DNA of 64,000 bases from Tubulanus polymorphus (taxonomy: Eukaryota; Animalia; Nemertea): contig NC_134027.1 in assembly GCF_964204645.1 (NCBI RefSeq), forward strand, positions 868,001 to 932,000. The letters are read 5' to 3'. Positions 37,501-52,500 of this stretch are shown one piece after another. A program made the translations under genes and the position numbers. Numbering within the stretch: position 1 is the first letter of the stretch; each line of letters begins with the position of its first letter. Below the pieces are notes generated by a model. The model saw only the letters and a list, made by a program, of their open reading frames with translations. It was not told where the DNA came from and did not search any database.

Positions 37501-40500
37501 GATTTTCAAAGATTAATAGTACACTGACACACAGGGTCTGCGATTGAGCGGAGTCCACAGTTCTGAGTTAGATTCAACTCTGAAGTTAAAATGAGTTCAT
37601 TTCTAATTATGTCGCAGTTGAAAATAAAATCTATTAGTCGAACTGGGTCCTGGACTACAGTTCAATCTGGTCAATAATAAAACCAGACCCTGGTCAAATT
37701 TCAAATTTTCATATTCTTAATTTCAAATTATTATATATTCTTTTTGAACGGTAACCACCAATATCGCTTCTTAAGGCAAAACGGTAAACAATCAAAATTA
37801 AATTTTATTGAAAGAAATATAAAACTGACCCCACGTGACCTTGAAAATATTGATTTTTTACCTTGTATAGAATTTTATTGCGTCAATTTTTTTTTTCAAG
37901 ATCCTATAAAACTGCTTTAAAGCGGGAAGACAATTTCTCGACGAAAGAATATCAGAAATTAGATAAATTGAATATTCACGCAACAAAAGAGCCAAAATAA
38001 ATATTGCAATCGGTTAAAACTGTGGTATCCAAATTCAGCGGTTGAACTTCGGCATAAACCAGAGACCAGCAGTGAGTCCACTCACTAAAATAGGGACTCT
38101 CGGCTCTCAGCTCATGAAGAGAACATATTTCACCTATTTGTGTCCAATAGATTTGATTCAGCTTTAGGTTTTTCTCTCCATAAATATGAGAAATATTTTT
38201 TCGAAATCTTGACCACTCGTATCAAAATGGTGACAAAGGGTTTAATTACTAATTCAGGGATAGATATGCCGATATCTAGGGATAGGCATAGTAATTTTAG
38301 GGGTAGGTTTAGACGGATATACAATGATTCTATGAAGACTTATTTATTTACATTGATGATAATATATTTCATCTATTAAGTTGTAATTATTGAGACTGTA
38401 ACAAACAAAGTGTAATAATCACTATAATATTTATATAATATTAACAATTCATTGAACATTGTTTTCAATATTGACAAACAAATATTTCGATGATTTCAAC
38501 AACCTTTTCAGATCATTCTATATTTCAGCATCGATCATTGCAAAATTGTGCAACGTTTAGAAATTACAGAACAGAAATTGAATAAGATGCTGAACACCAG
38601 TTTTACACTAATACACTAAACCATTGATATAAAACTCAACCTATCAACCTATCCGCCCCCTAGTGTTAAAATTATCAAATTCGAATTACACGTCCAACTG
38701 TACATGAATGAAATCTTAAAGAACCAAAGAAACTGCAAGGGATAAATGTATGATACAAGCTCCACACACGCACGCACGCGCACACGCACACGCACACAAC
38801 ACACGCGCACACGCACGCGCACACGCACACGCGCACGCACACAACACACGCGCACACGCACACACACATGCAGACACAAGCAATAAGCAACGTTTGATGT
38901 ATATGAACATTGAGACAAGCTATACATGTCGATTAAACAAAAATATTGCGTGAAACCTACAGATAGGTGGCGCTAGGTAACGTGAACATAATATACAGAA
39001 AAAATAAAACAGATAAACCGTGATCTATTTACAAATCATGGCAGATGCAGCCTACATGTGCACTATAAGTGATGACATCATCGAATAAGAGAATTGATGA
39101 CATAACTACACAAGAAATGATTACGTCACACGCGACAAATCTCTACACAAAAAGTGATGATGATCAGAGTACAAAAATAAACGACAATCACAGACGAAAT
39201 CATGACATCATTTAATACTGCATCAGCGGTGATGTCATTACGCGAAAAATGATGATATCATCACGTGAAATCACACAAAAAGCGATGACATCATGAAAAT
39301 GAAAAGTGATGACATCGTTTAACAAAACGCAATAGCAGAACTTTTTGAAAAGTGATCACATGACTTTACGAAAGGTAATGAGATCAGCAGAGAAAAGGCG
39401 ACCAAGAAATCAAATTGTGGTCATTTGTCCGTTTAAAGCGTCAATATGAATCGGGCATCATTCAAAACAACGTCAGCTCATACAACGATACCAACATCAT
39501 AAAAATACAACATAATGCTATTATTAGTACTAATGTAGCCCTAAACTGACACAAGTGCACACCTACTAACTACAATATATATATATATATATATACAAAC
39601 ACATTACAACACATTGATATCATATAGGGGTGGACAGTGGTTATAGGGAATATTCAACCCACATACCTCTTTTGGTACTAACTAAACATCCTAATTTGGG
39701 AGAGACACCTGAAAGTCATGACGGAATGACAATTTCCGGTTAAATTGTTACTGATTATGGTCAACGCGATTTGACTGGTTTTTCGTGATACCCAGAACCT
39801 GGTTCTTACAGGTGTCAGTTAAATAAGATTCTAAAGTTAAAATATTGAAAATGAACAAATTCTATATCAAAAGGTAAAGTCTTATAAAAACCAACACCTA
39901 AAGAACTCGGTATAAAACATGTCAAACACATTGAAGATATAGACCTAACACCACAGATCAGCAGGATTCAATATCTGATATTTTCAGAGTGATAATCAGT
40001 GAGAGGTAAGAAAGATAATAATAAGTTAAAGTATCATGCATTTTGGAATTGATGTCAAGAAAACCCTTCAACATTAAACACCTTCAAAAACTAATGATTG
40101 TTGTGAACTCAGTTCAACAGTTGTGGATCCGTATAAAATCAATTCAATATCATCAGATATCTATCATTTTCGTTAATCTCTCATCGAGAATAATGGTTAA
40201 GTTTTATTTTAAAATCAAACCCACACAACTGTAAAACTGGATCCAAGGATGAAAAAGCAAATTTCTATTCAAACGCATCAGAAACATTGTGGGCTGATAA
40301 AACTAAACAACACCCTCAGATACTTTTTAAAAGTCTACAACAGTTCCTACAAGATCCACATCTACAGATGCGCGTTATAGGATAACCCCAGAACGGTGGA
40401 ACTGATTCCTAACTGCTGACGAATATGAATCAGTTGAAGCCACCTAAATGATGGTTGATTCCTTTTAGTAGATTCTGATTAAAAACGAATGTTCTATTAG

Positions 40501-43500
40501 GCTGGGCATTTGAAGCGGAGGCTTCAGGAGAATCAGGTGGAAGTAAAGGTCCATAAACTGTTGATCGATTTGTAAAACATTGAGGATCAAAACTAGCTGA
40601 AGTTTGAGGAGAGGCAGGAGAATCAGGTGCAAGTAAAGGGCCATAAATTGTTGACGAATCGAAACATTTTGAAAAAGATCTAGGTGGTTTAGCGGAGGGG
40701 TGCGGTTGTGGAATTAGGGGAAGTAAAGGACCGTTAACTGACAATGGATTGAAACTTCTCACAACTGAATTGGACACAGTTTTATCTCTATTACTATCAT
40801 TATCCTTATAAATATCATTGCTGTTAAAATCTGTTCTTTTATGATAAAAGTCATCATCGGGATAAACAGATCCAACTCGTTCGGGCGGTAGGGTAGTTTT
40901 ACTAGATTTTATTGTAACTGGTCGCTTGGTAACCAGATTGCGGTCACTTTGGATATGCTCAACTATGATTTTTCTTGTGTCTTTTGTTTTGGTTTCTCTG
41001 TTAGTCGGGTTAATAGTTGGTCCAATTATCGGTTTAATGGTGGGTTTTTTGGATTGTCCAATTATTGGTTTATTGCATGGTCCGATGATCACTTTATTGG
41101 GTGGTCCAACGATCACTTTATTGGGTGGTCCAATGATCACTTTATTGGGTGGTCCAATGACCACTTTATTGGGTGATCCAATGATCACTTCATTGGGTGG
41201 TCCAATGATCACTTTATTGGGTGGTCCAATGATCGGTTTATAGGGTGGTCCAATGGTAGGTTTAGTAGAAGGTGCAATGGTGGTTTTATTGGAGGGTTTT
41301 TTGGAAGGTCCAATGGTTGGTTTTTTGAAGGGTCCAATGGAGGGTTTTCTGCTAGGTTTAGTATTGGATTTACCATTGTGCTGACTAGTTGGCTTACTGG
41401 AACAACTAGTTCTGGATCTATTGCGTGTTTTATCAGAATTTGCCTCCCTTTTATTATTCTTATCATTATTCTTACTTTTTTTTCCATGCATATTCTTATT
41501 ATTACCTGATGTAACACTATTAGCTGATGATTCTGGAAGCTCATCGGTGGCATCAGCGCTGTTAGCTGCTGCACCTTTATTGATCTCATCCTACAAAATA
41601 AAATCATCTAAAATCACACAAGGAAGAGTGGTTTAAACCATCACACACAGCCCCAAGGGTTCATGATAGCCCCAAAGGTTCCTTACAGCCCCACTGGTTT
41701 ACGACAGCCCCACAAGACTAGACTGCCCCACGGGTCCCTTACAGCCCCAAGGGTTCATGATAGCCCAAAGGGTTAATGACAGCCCCAAAGGTTGGGTCCC
41801 TTACAGCCCAACCAGTCGTTCATGCTGGTTCTATATATTCACCTCTAATTCCATGTTTATTTTTGATTCTTCCTCGACGAAAGAATCGAAAAGTTTCCCT
41901 TTCTTTTTGCGATCCTCGAAGTCGTCGGGTTTCTGTTCAAGAATTTCATCGGCTACGATTTCATCGGGGAGAGGGTTATCAACGAGATCTCGTAGAGTAC
42001 TGAAACAAACACATCACTTTATTATTACACCTTCAACAAGTTGGTCCAATCCAGCATCAAAGTGGGATATTCCTCAACCTGGGTCTCGTTTTATAGACTG
42101 AGTATCAAAGTTATCTCTCAGGTTTGAAAGTTGGGCCCAGTTTTATGGACTTAATATCAAATTTATCCCTCGGGATAAATCCTTTGCCTGGGCCCGGTTT
42201 TATAGACCGGGTATCAAAGTTATCCCTTGAAATAAATCGCTCGCCTGGACCTGGTTTTATAAACTAGGTATCAAAGTAGTAATTCTTCAGGTTTAAATTC
42301 GGGGCCCAGTTTTATGTTCAGAGGTAACGATTATTTTTTTGTACCTTCTGCAGAATTTATAAGCTTTAAATCGTGGTTTCCCGGGAACAACTTTCTGACT
42401 TTTAGTTTGAATACGTTTTCTGCGTTCCAATTGAGCTTCAGTTGTCATCCAATCTTCTTTATCTTCTAACAAATGCTTTAAATCCCTGCAACAAATAAAC
42501 ACATATTCATTTATTCAGCATTTGTTTTTCTTAAATCTTGAAACCCGGATTGACCCAGTTATTTGATTATTACTACTTAGTGTCCCTTATAAACCCACCA
42601 CACCAGCCTGGATGGAAAAAGAGGATTTGATTTTGAAATCAGAAATCAAAATAGATATAGTTGCGTGGTCGGCAGTTGTAATCTACAGAATTTAAGATCG
42701 AAATAATGATTAGAAATGTTGGTTCTGATTCATTCAAATAATCAATAATCTCCCAGATGTGTTGTTGGTGCGTTAGTATTGAAGTAATAATTACCGATAT
42801 TCCTCGTAAGGAGTTCTGATTCTCGTGTCTTTATGTTTCGGTCTCTCATAAGGTTGATAACGATGTGTATGACGATCTGATTCAACTTTCCTCGAAACCT
42901 GTCAAAAAAACACGATAACCATCAAAATAACAATGACTCCACGTCGAGATGGTTGCCGATGGATACGTACCGTTATTGTTGATTTCGGTATTTTATACGG
43001 CGCTGGTTTCGACGGTGTACTCGTATTCCGTGGCAACAATGACGCTTTGTTTTTCTCGACAGGATTGTCGTAACTTTGACAAATCGCCATGGCGATATCG
43101 TCGTCACTTTCCATTCCAATAGGTGGCACTTCTTTCACATCTTTGTTCTTTTCAGTTTTAATTTTGACGGGGAATGATTTTTTGAACGATTTTATATTTT
43201 CGCTGTCTTCTGATTTCGATATTTTCTCGTATATAATTTCTATAGAACTATCGAGATCAACAGCAGGTTCGATAATCTCCACTTCAGAATCAACTTCATC
43301 CGTAGATGAAACAATCACCGTGGCAACCTCAGATGATGACTCAGTTACCGCAGCAACAGCTGGTATAGACTCAGTAGCCATAGCAACAGATGTTGATGAA
43401 GTCGCCGCAGATTCCCCAGATGTTGATGCAGTTGTTACAGCTACATCTGATGTCGATACGGTTGTCATAGTAACCTCTGACGTAGATACGGTTGTCATAG

Positions 43501-46500
43501 TGATCTCAGGTGTTGATTCAACTGTCGTAGCGATCTCAGGTATTGATTCAGTTACCGTAGCGACCTCAGTTGCGGATGATATAGTTGTCGCGTGGATTGC
43601 CAGTTGCTCTGTATTAGTGTTTAGTTTAGTCGTTGAATCTTGTCGAATGGTTTCATTAATCTCTTCATTATCAGATGTATTTGTAATTGTTTCATCAGTT
43701 TTCGATATCGCGACAAAATTTCGATTTCCAACTGATTTTTTGAGTTCGTGTTCGACAGAGTTTTCACCGTTAGATGATTTCACAGTTGTGTTGTTTGCTA
43801 GTTTACGAGGAGAGTCGAGTCTGTTTATTATAACTCGTCTCGTATCCGACCGATTCATCAACTCTTTAGCGTCTTTCCGATGAATGACGGCTTTCTCCCA
43901 CTTACCGCAGAACGTCAGGTTCGCCCAGGCTGTCGCGGCCGTCGTCGTTGCTAGGAGATCTGATTGTTTCATCGGTAAACTCGTGATCGATTGTTGTTTG
44001 AGAACGTCGGCGAAATTATCAAGCATATTTCCCGGAAACAGATCTAACGACTTCGACGCTGAAACAAAATTTGAATTCGTCAAATATTTTATCTCGATCG
44101 ACGCGCATGGATCACGTGTAACGAGTTAGTTACCTCTATTCCTGATAGGTGGCGGTAATCTCTCTATTTTACAGCTGACTGTGCGGTATCTATGGTTACC
44201 GAGATCTTCATTGTGTAAAACGGCGCGAACACTTTCAGTAGCGCAACGTTCAAACTCACTCGGTTCAGTAGTAGCAGCATCTCTGAAATACATACAATCA
44301 ATATTAAACAGTTTGACGTCAACCTCCAAAAATATTTTCATCATTTGTTACTTGATTCAAGAGTAAAATTTCAACAGATAAATGTATTAGAACTTAGTTG
44401 CACAATCATCATTAAAGATCTCAAGTTGTCTTAAATCTTACAGCTGGGTATAAGTAATTAGATTGGCTATAGAACTGAGCTATGACTGACTAGTGGGTCA
44501 TGTACTCAGTTGCCGCAGTAGGAAGAGATACTCACAGCGACGCAGGAGGAGGATGAACAGCCGATAGAACTGCGTCCAATAACTGATCACTTGACGACGA
44601 TGTCTCGCCGATCTGTGAATGATCTTTATGCTGATTTTCGAATGTTATTTTGACGTCGTGAAGCACGGACCCGACGTGGATCCGGTGATCCTTAAACTGC
44701 GGATACAGATCCTCGAGTCCGGATTTCTTCCAATCGAAGTCACCCGTGAAGAAGTTATATTTCGGAGCGATAGTCGTCAGGAACATGATGGAAGTTTGAG
44801 GTCGTTTGGAGTTTGGCGACTGGAGAGGCAACATGTGCATAGATACCATGTGATGAATGTTCTCTTTATTCTCACCAGGGGGCGCTGCCGCGGTTAGTGG
44901 CAGTTTTACCGGTGTAGAGTAATTCAGTTGGTCTCTTGCACGTTCTGGTTGGTTTTCATTTTCTGCAAAAACATCGAATTTAATAATCAATCAATCGATA
45001 AGTTTTACTGCATTTATCGTCGTAAATCGTGTGGTTCGTTTACCGTACCTTTAGTAACTGTTGCTGGGGAACTCTTTAAAACTTTGCTACTGTTTTCGAG
45101 TTGTGGAATTTCAGTGAGGTCTTCAGATAATTTCCTTTTGGACCTAAAACGATCAAAATTCAAATTCATAACATTTCACAGAGAAAACAAAAATACACAG
45201 CAATCAATCATACAGCTTGATTTAGAACAACAAGGGTTTTATTTCAGGCTCTAGATCTGAGTGGATACTGTACTGGACACCGCTGAGTGGATACTGTACT
45301 GGACCCCAGTGAGTGGATACTGTACTGGACCCCAGTGAGTAGAACGACTACTATGTGCTGAATGGTAACAACCCTAACCTTTAGGAATGCTAACTAAAGC
45401 CTCACAGTTGAACAGTCTACCCTAGGAGCCAGCTTCACAATTCACTCTGTTACTCTAGGTAGGGGGTCAAATTGAACTTATAGTGGAACTGTAAGAATGA
45501 ATCAAGAATTGACTTTAAGCCGAGTATCCGGGGGTTGATCACATTATGCACTATCTATCTATCAAATAGTAGTGTCTACTTTGAGCGCGCTCATTACTGA
45601 CCCTTAACGAACAATCTCGTCATTCAAGCAATAGACATGATCATTATAAATCAATGTACTCAAGTCAAGATGAATCAATTACCTATTCATAATTAACATA
45701 AATCCAACATTATATGCACAATAATGAAATAAGCATTAGTTACATTTACATTGTGTGTGTTAAGTGTCAGGCAGGTGTTAGTATTGAACACTCTATAGGA
45801 GTGCATGTGTGCAGTCTCTGAACTAGTCCACTAACCGTGATATAGGCTTATCGATCAATCAATAAATCATTGTGGATCTACTTCATACAATAGATAACAC
45901 TTGAACAGCTGATCCAGTTTCACAGTTCTCAATTCAAATATCCAGTCTCAGAACTATAAAACTGGGTTCACGTGTACTTATACGGAGAAATTGTGATTAG
46001 TGCGAAGCCTGAAGCTAGATCACAAGTGTATTACAATCTTAAAGTTAAACTTAAGTTTTTCTCACAGCAACATTTGACATAATTTTTCTGCAAAGTGGAT
46101 ATTAATAGATGATGCATTTGATAGTATAAATACAGCAGCTAATAATAGACTGAGTGCACGCTGCTACTTGTACATATCAAGAAATAGTGTATGAAATATG
46201 ATTAGGGGGCAGGGGTGAGGGGATCCATTTATTACGTGTTCATGCATAAGGCTGAGGGTAAGGGATCCATAAACCTCACTTCACCAAGAAAACATTGAAG
46301 ATGAATAATTGAAAGAAGTAATTTTCACTCCACAATAAGACTGTGTCAGTTCAAAGTAATGCAGAATTGACGATATTTTGTGTTCGGTAACATTTTTTGC
46401 GGATGAATGCTCTTTTTAAGCATAGGCCTAACAATGTATGTGAAGTCACTCTAACGTAATAAATGGACCCACTGTAACACAAGAGTTGTATAGAACTTTG

Positions 46501-49500
46501 AACCATCACATACTCATGAGACGTTTATCTTAGAGTGATGTGAGAGGAGAGGGGAGAGAGGGAGAGGAGAGAGAGGAGAGAGCGAGGCGTAGGGGGTGAG
46601 TTATCGATGCAACCATTCAGTTACCTTTCGTCCCATGCGTTTATAATTTCTACGTTTTTCATTACAACTATTTTTAGTAATAAAAATTTCTGAACCTAAA
46701 AATAACGGAGTAAAAATTAGGAGAAAAAGTTTGAATACGAAAAACGAAAAAATATCCTCCAAAATGAAATCAACTTTTCAAACAAAAATTCAGAATCCAA
46801 TTCGGGTCTAGTTTTTGCCGCCCTTATTCAAGTCCAACACACATGGAAGATTTCCTTAAATCTACGGCGAATGTTTAGAAAAAGAGTTGTTTAAGACATT
46901 TTTTTCGAGATTAAAAAGATGTGGGACTTCAACAAAGACGAATAGTTGCATGGTCCATATACGTTCGAGGGTCTGGTTTTTATAGACCGGGTATCAACGA
47001 GTAACAGTTCTAAATACACGCCCCCCCTCTGGCAACCAGTCTAAATAGATACCCAGTCTATAAACTAACAGATAATCATTACTACAACACAGCAGCAGAA
47101 CGAGATACAAAACAAAAATGTAAGCGACCAAAAGAAAGAATGTTTAAAAATCACGATGATCGGTTAAAACATGCTGTTAATTAATCTTACATGTGCTTCT
47201 ACAAGTTACTCATAAGTTGGTAACAGATACCCGGCAGATGAATAACATCGAAGTAATGAAGCTTTAATTCCGTCACCATGTCAACTATCCGCTGGTTAAA
47301 ACTATGAGCAACTATTTAACACTCTATCATCACTCTTAATTCATCATTGGTTTCAGCTCATTCACAAATAATGAATACTGATTTGCCCCTAGTGAGCTGA
47401 CTTATTTCCCACTAGCGCCACATATAGGATGATAATGAAACTACTAACCCGTTGTTACTGTGATACTGCTGTTGTTGTTGTTCAGTGTTGTTTGAACCAG
47501 AATGCTGCCTCTCCAGAATTAATCCGTTTTTTGGCACCGTTGTTGAACTCGTTGCTGCTGCTGTTGTTGTTGTTGTTCTATGTTTTGGTATCGTAGTCGG
47601 CACATAACTAATCTGTCGCGGTCCGACTGGCGGCCATCTTTGAGGCGTTGCCGACGACGACTGAATGGTTGTCGGGGTCGATGCGTCGTCGTCGATTCGT
47701 AAATCTTCAGCCGTTAACGGATCGAGAGATGAACTCGACGGAGGAGGCATTATTGATGTCGCCGTAGCGACGTCGTCCGACTGACAGGTGGCGCTGTTGC
47801 TACTGCTCAGTAAATTCCTAACGCTTAAACTCGGTTTTAAAACGATCATATTGTATAAATTCTCGTCTTTTGAATTCGAATCTAAACTTCCCGCAGTGGT
47901 TGCCGATGACGACGTAGAACTAGCGTAAGAGGAAGATGAAGATGATTTACCGGAGTCTATACCGCCGGTCGCCACCGGAGACGACGACTTCATCTCCACC
48001 GAACTCGACGACCGTCGCCGCGACAACCGAGGATCGCGTTTTAATTGTTTCTCGGTGAAATTGTTTTGATTAGGAATTGGAATTGGGTCGGAGCGTGATA
48101 CAGCAGCAGCAGCAGGTATTGTAGGTTGTGGCTTATAAAGCGGTATAAACTCATCGTATCCACAGTAATAAACGTAACCCTGATGTCGAGCGAGTTCCGT
48201 GTTACGTTTATGTTGTATCACGGCCTCCGCGTGAAACGCTTTCAACGTCACCTCCGTTTTTAATGAACTCCGCTCGAATCCGGTCGCCGCGGTTACGAAT
48301 CCGTCCTCGTAATCCGATTGTTGTCCGGATGTTGCCGGGGGTGATGAGGTACCCGGTTCGACGGCGCTGCGTACTTTCTCTAAACACTTATTAATAAGAT
48401 CCAAGTTGATGCTGTCGGGTTCGGAACTCGTTTGTTTATGAGACGTGACGAGATCGGAGATCGTCTGCAGGAGCTCGTGAGCGGACGGTCTCGACGGCTG
48501 CGTCGCCGGAATCGAGTCCAGCGATACGCTCGGGTTATAGTACGTATAGTGTTCGCTAGAGGGCGCCGCGACGGCTTCGTCCATCGACATCGGGGAACCG
48601 GATTGTTCGAGATCTCGCTCCGATTCCGGAAGCCAGTAATTTTGATTTTCCAAACTGATTTGACTAGAAGAAGCTGAAACAAGAAACAAGTAGTAGTCAA
48701 ACAGGAAACAAGTAGTAGTCAAACAGGAAACAAGTAGTAGTCAAACAATTAGAAACAAGTAGTAGTCTAACAGGAAACAAGTAGTAGTCTAACAGGAAAC
48801 AAGTAGTAGTCAAACAGGAAACAAGTATTAGTCAAACAATTAGAAACAAGTAGTAGTCAAACAGGAAACAAGTGGTAGTGAGTTATATAAACTATTTCAC
48901 ATGGAGTTCTTTTTGTTGAAGTCAATAGGTAAATAGTTGAATACTCCCGGACCAATTGCCGCGTTCACTTTATTGCATCATTCCAGGTTTTCTTATGGAT
49001 TGCGTTCAGGGATAAAATATTTAGATTCAGGAGAGATTTTGGTTTATCAAAAGTTTCTCACAAAATTCAAGGAGTTTTAAAGAGTTTTAGGATTTTTCAA
49101 TTTAGAGAAGTTTCCATTATGAATAAAGTCGTACTGTAAGTAGACCCTGCATTTGCCGTGGGCACTGTTGGACCAATGAACAGACTCCCTAATATTTCCC
49201 TGACCCTTGACCTAAAATATCCGGAAATTATCTGAAAGTTGAAGCTGGATTTGGATTTTTTCTTGCTTATCAAGGAATCAGTGATCCTCATGTTCTGAAC
49301 CTCACTAGTGTACATACAAGAATGTAAATAAACAGGCAATATGCTTAACCCTAACCCTAGCTTCTTATTGGTCAGAGCTGGTCAGATGGTATGCAAATTG
49401 TCCACATGCTTAACCCTAACCCTAGCTTCTTATTGGTCAGAGCTGGTCAGATGGTATGCAAATTGTCCACATGCTTAACCCTAACCCTAGCTTCTTATTG

Positions 49501-52500
49501 GTCAGAGCTGGTCAGATGGTATGCAAATTGTCCACATGCTTAACCCTAACCCTAGCTTCTTATTGGTCAGAGCTGGTCAGATGGTATGCAAATTGTCCAC
49601 GTGCTTAACCCTAACCCTAGCTTCTTATTGGTCAGAGCTGGTCAGATGGTATGCAAATTGTCCACGTGCTTAACCCTAACCCTAGCTTCTTATTGGTCAG
49701 AGCTGGTCAGATGGTATGCAAATTGTCCACGTGCTTAACCCTAACCCTAGCTTCTTATTGGTCAGAGCTGGTCAGATGGTATGCAAATTGTCCACGTGCT
49801 TAACCCTAACCCTAGCTTCTTATTGGTCAGAGCTGGTCAGATGGTATGCAAATTGTCCACATGCTTAACCCTAACCCTAGCTTCTTATTGGTCAGAGCTG
49901 GTCAGATGGTGTGCAAATTGTCCACATGCTTAACCCTAACCCTAGCTTCTGATTGGTCAGAACTGATCACCTGGTATAATAGACAACAGACCACATGCTT
50001 AACCCTCACCTGATTGGCCACAGCTGGTCAGCTGATATGGTAATTGGCCACCTGCTTAACCCTAACCCTAGATTCTGATTGGTCAAGAGCTGGTCACATG
50101 GTAAAAACAAACAGACCACACTTGCAACATTGCCAAATCTGAATTAACTGATTTTTCATTCCTCCAGCTTATAAGACAAATCCTAGTTTCAGGATTGAAT
50201 TAGTGAACTCCATTTACAATACATGACTTATCAGTTGATTTGATGAGATTCTAAAATCGTCTTGTCATTTGAAATAATCTCAGCAGATAAGCAGGAAACT
50301 GATTCCATAATCACTACAGGAACGGTTTATCCAATCTCAACACCGTACTTCATCGGTACCGTATAAACTAAAGGGCATGAATGACGTAAAGAGTAGTTAC
50401 TGAGACTGTGAACTTCTTTTCTCTGCTGGTAAACAGAAGCAGCTCTTGTTGTTGGCATTAAACCACAACTGTTGCCCCAGATGCTTGCATGATTTATTTT
50501 GGGGTCCCGTAATTGTTTTCAACCAACTAAATAGCAGATAGCTATCAACAAGGGTAATTTCTAAATACAATTTCCTGCTACAGTTCGACACTTATAAATA
50601 ATTTGTCAAATACAAGATTAAGAAATCATAAAATTCTATATTTTTGAAGTGTTTTGTAATCGGGACATTTGGGAACTCAGCAATAATCCGTAAAATAAAT
50701 CGAGATATATTTACCTGCTAGTACTGGAGTAGATGGAGCAGTTGGAGAGACAGGATTGTTTCCTCCAGCACGCCATCCGGAATACATCCCTCCGGCGGAA
50801 TATTTCCCAGATCCGACTCGAGGCTTCTTCGATACAAATACGCAATGAAGAATTGATAGAGACGATTTCTTATTGATCGGGATCCCTTAAAATAATATCA
50901 ACACAAAATCATTAATTACCACACAATCTTATTCTATTCATGGTTTAAAAAGTATCGATTTTATCGAAGTGAATGAATTTAAACTTACCTAATTTGAGGG
51001 TTAATTCACCATCTGGTAAAAGTAATACATCCACATCATCGATGAGTTTCTGTATGATCACCTGTACATGTGCATAGAAATAACACTCATCACAATTCAT
51101 AATTAATCAATATCTATTCATTTCAAACTAAAACAACAAATACTGAGTTTCATACGAACTACAACACTGAGCAGTTACTGACTACGTTTATTCCTATCAG
51201 GCTACACTTGAGGCTACACAATTACTCTGAGTAAAGAATGGCCATAAGCAACGTTTGAGCAACTGAACCCAGCCCTCTATAAAGCTAGGGTACCTTAAAT
51301 TGCTGCAGGGATGCTACTGATCCAAACCCTTTTAAGCTAGGGTACCCCGAATTGCTGCAAGGATACTACTGATCCAAGCCCTTTTAAGCTAGGGTACCCC
51401 GAATTACTGCAGGGATATTACTGAACCCAGCCCTCCAAAGCTAGGGTACCCCGAATTGCTGCAAGGATACTACCGAACCCAGCCCTCTAAAGCTAGGGTA
51501 CCCAAAATTGCTGCAGGGATATTACTGAACCCAGCCCTCTAAAGCTAGGGTACCCAGAATTGCTGCAAGGATACTACCGAACCCAGCCCTCCAAAGCTAG
51601 GGTACCCCGAATTGCTGCAGGGATACTACCGAACTTACTCGATTTGCAAATTTGAGATGAGTAACTAGAGTTGATAGTTTACTAGTGCTGCCTTTCTGTT
51701 CACGGAGCTCACAGTAATTATAGTACCAGCCGTAATGACAGGTCTCCTGTACTTTACTGATACCGGTAACGCCATCTAGGTAACGTTTCTCAGCGGCTAA
51801 CGATCCGACTTTCATACGCATTACTATATCACCGATACTACAATTAAACAATCGGTCACATAAATACTGCAGTAAAAATTCACTTTTATCAATTACCCAT
51901 CGGTTAACTTTAAAACCAACTTTTGTGTAACTGGCCCAGAATTTTCTGAACACTTCGACTAATACAGTAAATTCTCTCTATAGTGAAAACCTCCCATAAT
52001 AAACACTTTTTTATCCAATCGGGAGCCGACACAAATTTTCTAGTTCATTTTCAATTAAGTGAATATCGTTTAAAAGTGAACCGCATATATTAAATGTAAA
52101 CCGTATCACAAAGGACTCCATGTCGATGCTGCAACCAAATTTCATCTATATATGATAACTCTGTACCGCATTTATTTTTGTATTTGAATGTATTTGTAAT
52201 TGTTCAGTGCAAATTGTCTTAGCGAACAATAAATGAAATGATGATTCATGAGTGAACACTTTTTTTTACAGTGAATCTTTTGCCAGGAACCAAAAGTGTT
52301 CACAGTGAGAGGTTTTACTGTGTATAAAGTGAAGCAGCAGAGATTGAAGAATACTTACATTTTACCGGGTTTAACTCCTGTACTATACGACACCAGATCA
52401 ACATCCCACGAATATTTACCGGAATTCGTTCGTATTTTTCCGGACCAAACGACGAAATAATTCACATCGGGAACAATAGGTTTAGAGTCCGGGTTGCTGC

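Noticed and set aside
38649-38953. VC/HA-repeat ORFs (also 28173-28439)
   Set aside because: Translations of CA/CG microsatellites.
46625-46696. Small exon-like segment (ttag GTTCAGAA...GAAAG gtaac) in a TASOR intron
   Set aside because: Entered in the required phase 2 it hits a stop, and the flanking exons join in frame without it; at most a poison exon, which I cannot support.
49341-49950. Telomere or interstitial telomeric tract
   Set aside because: Only two TTAGGG units per 65-bp monomer, and genes continue on both sides.
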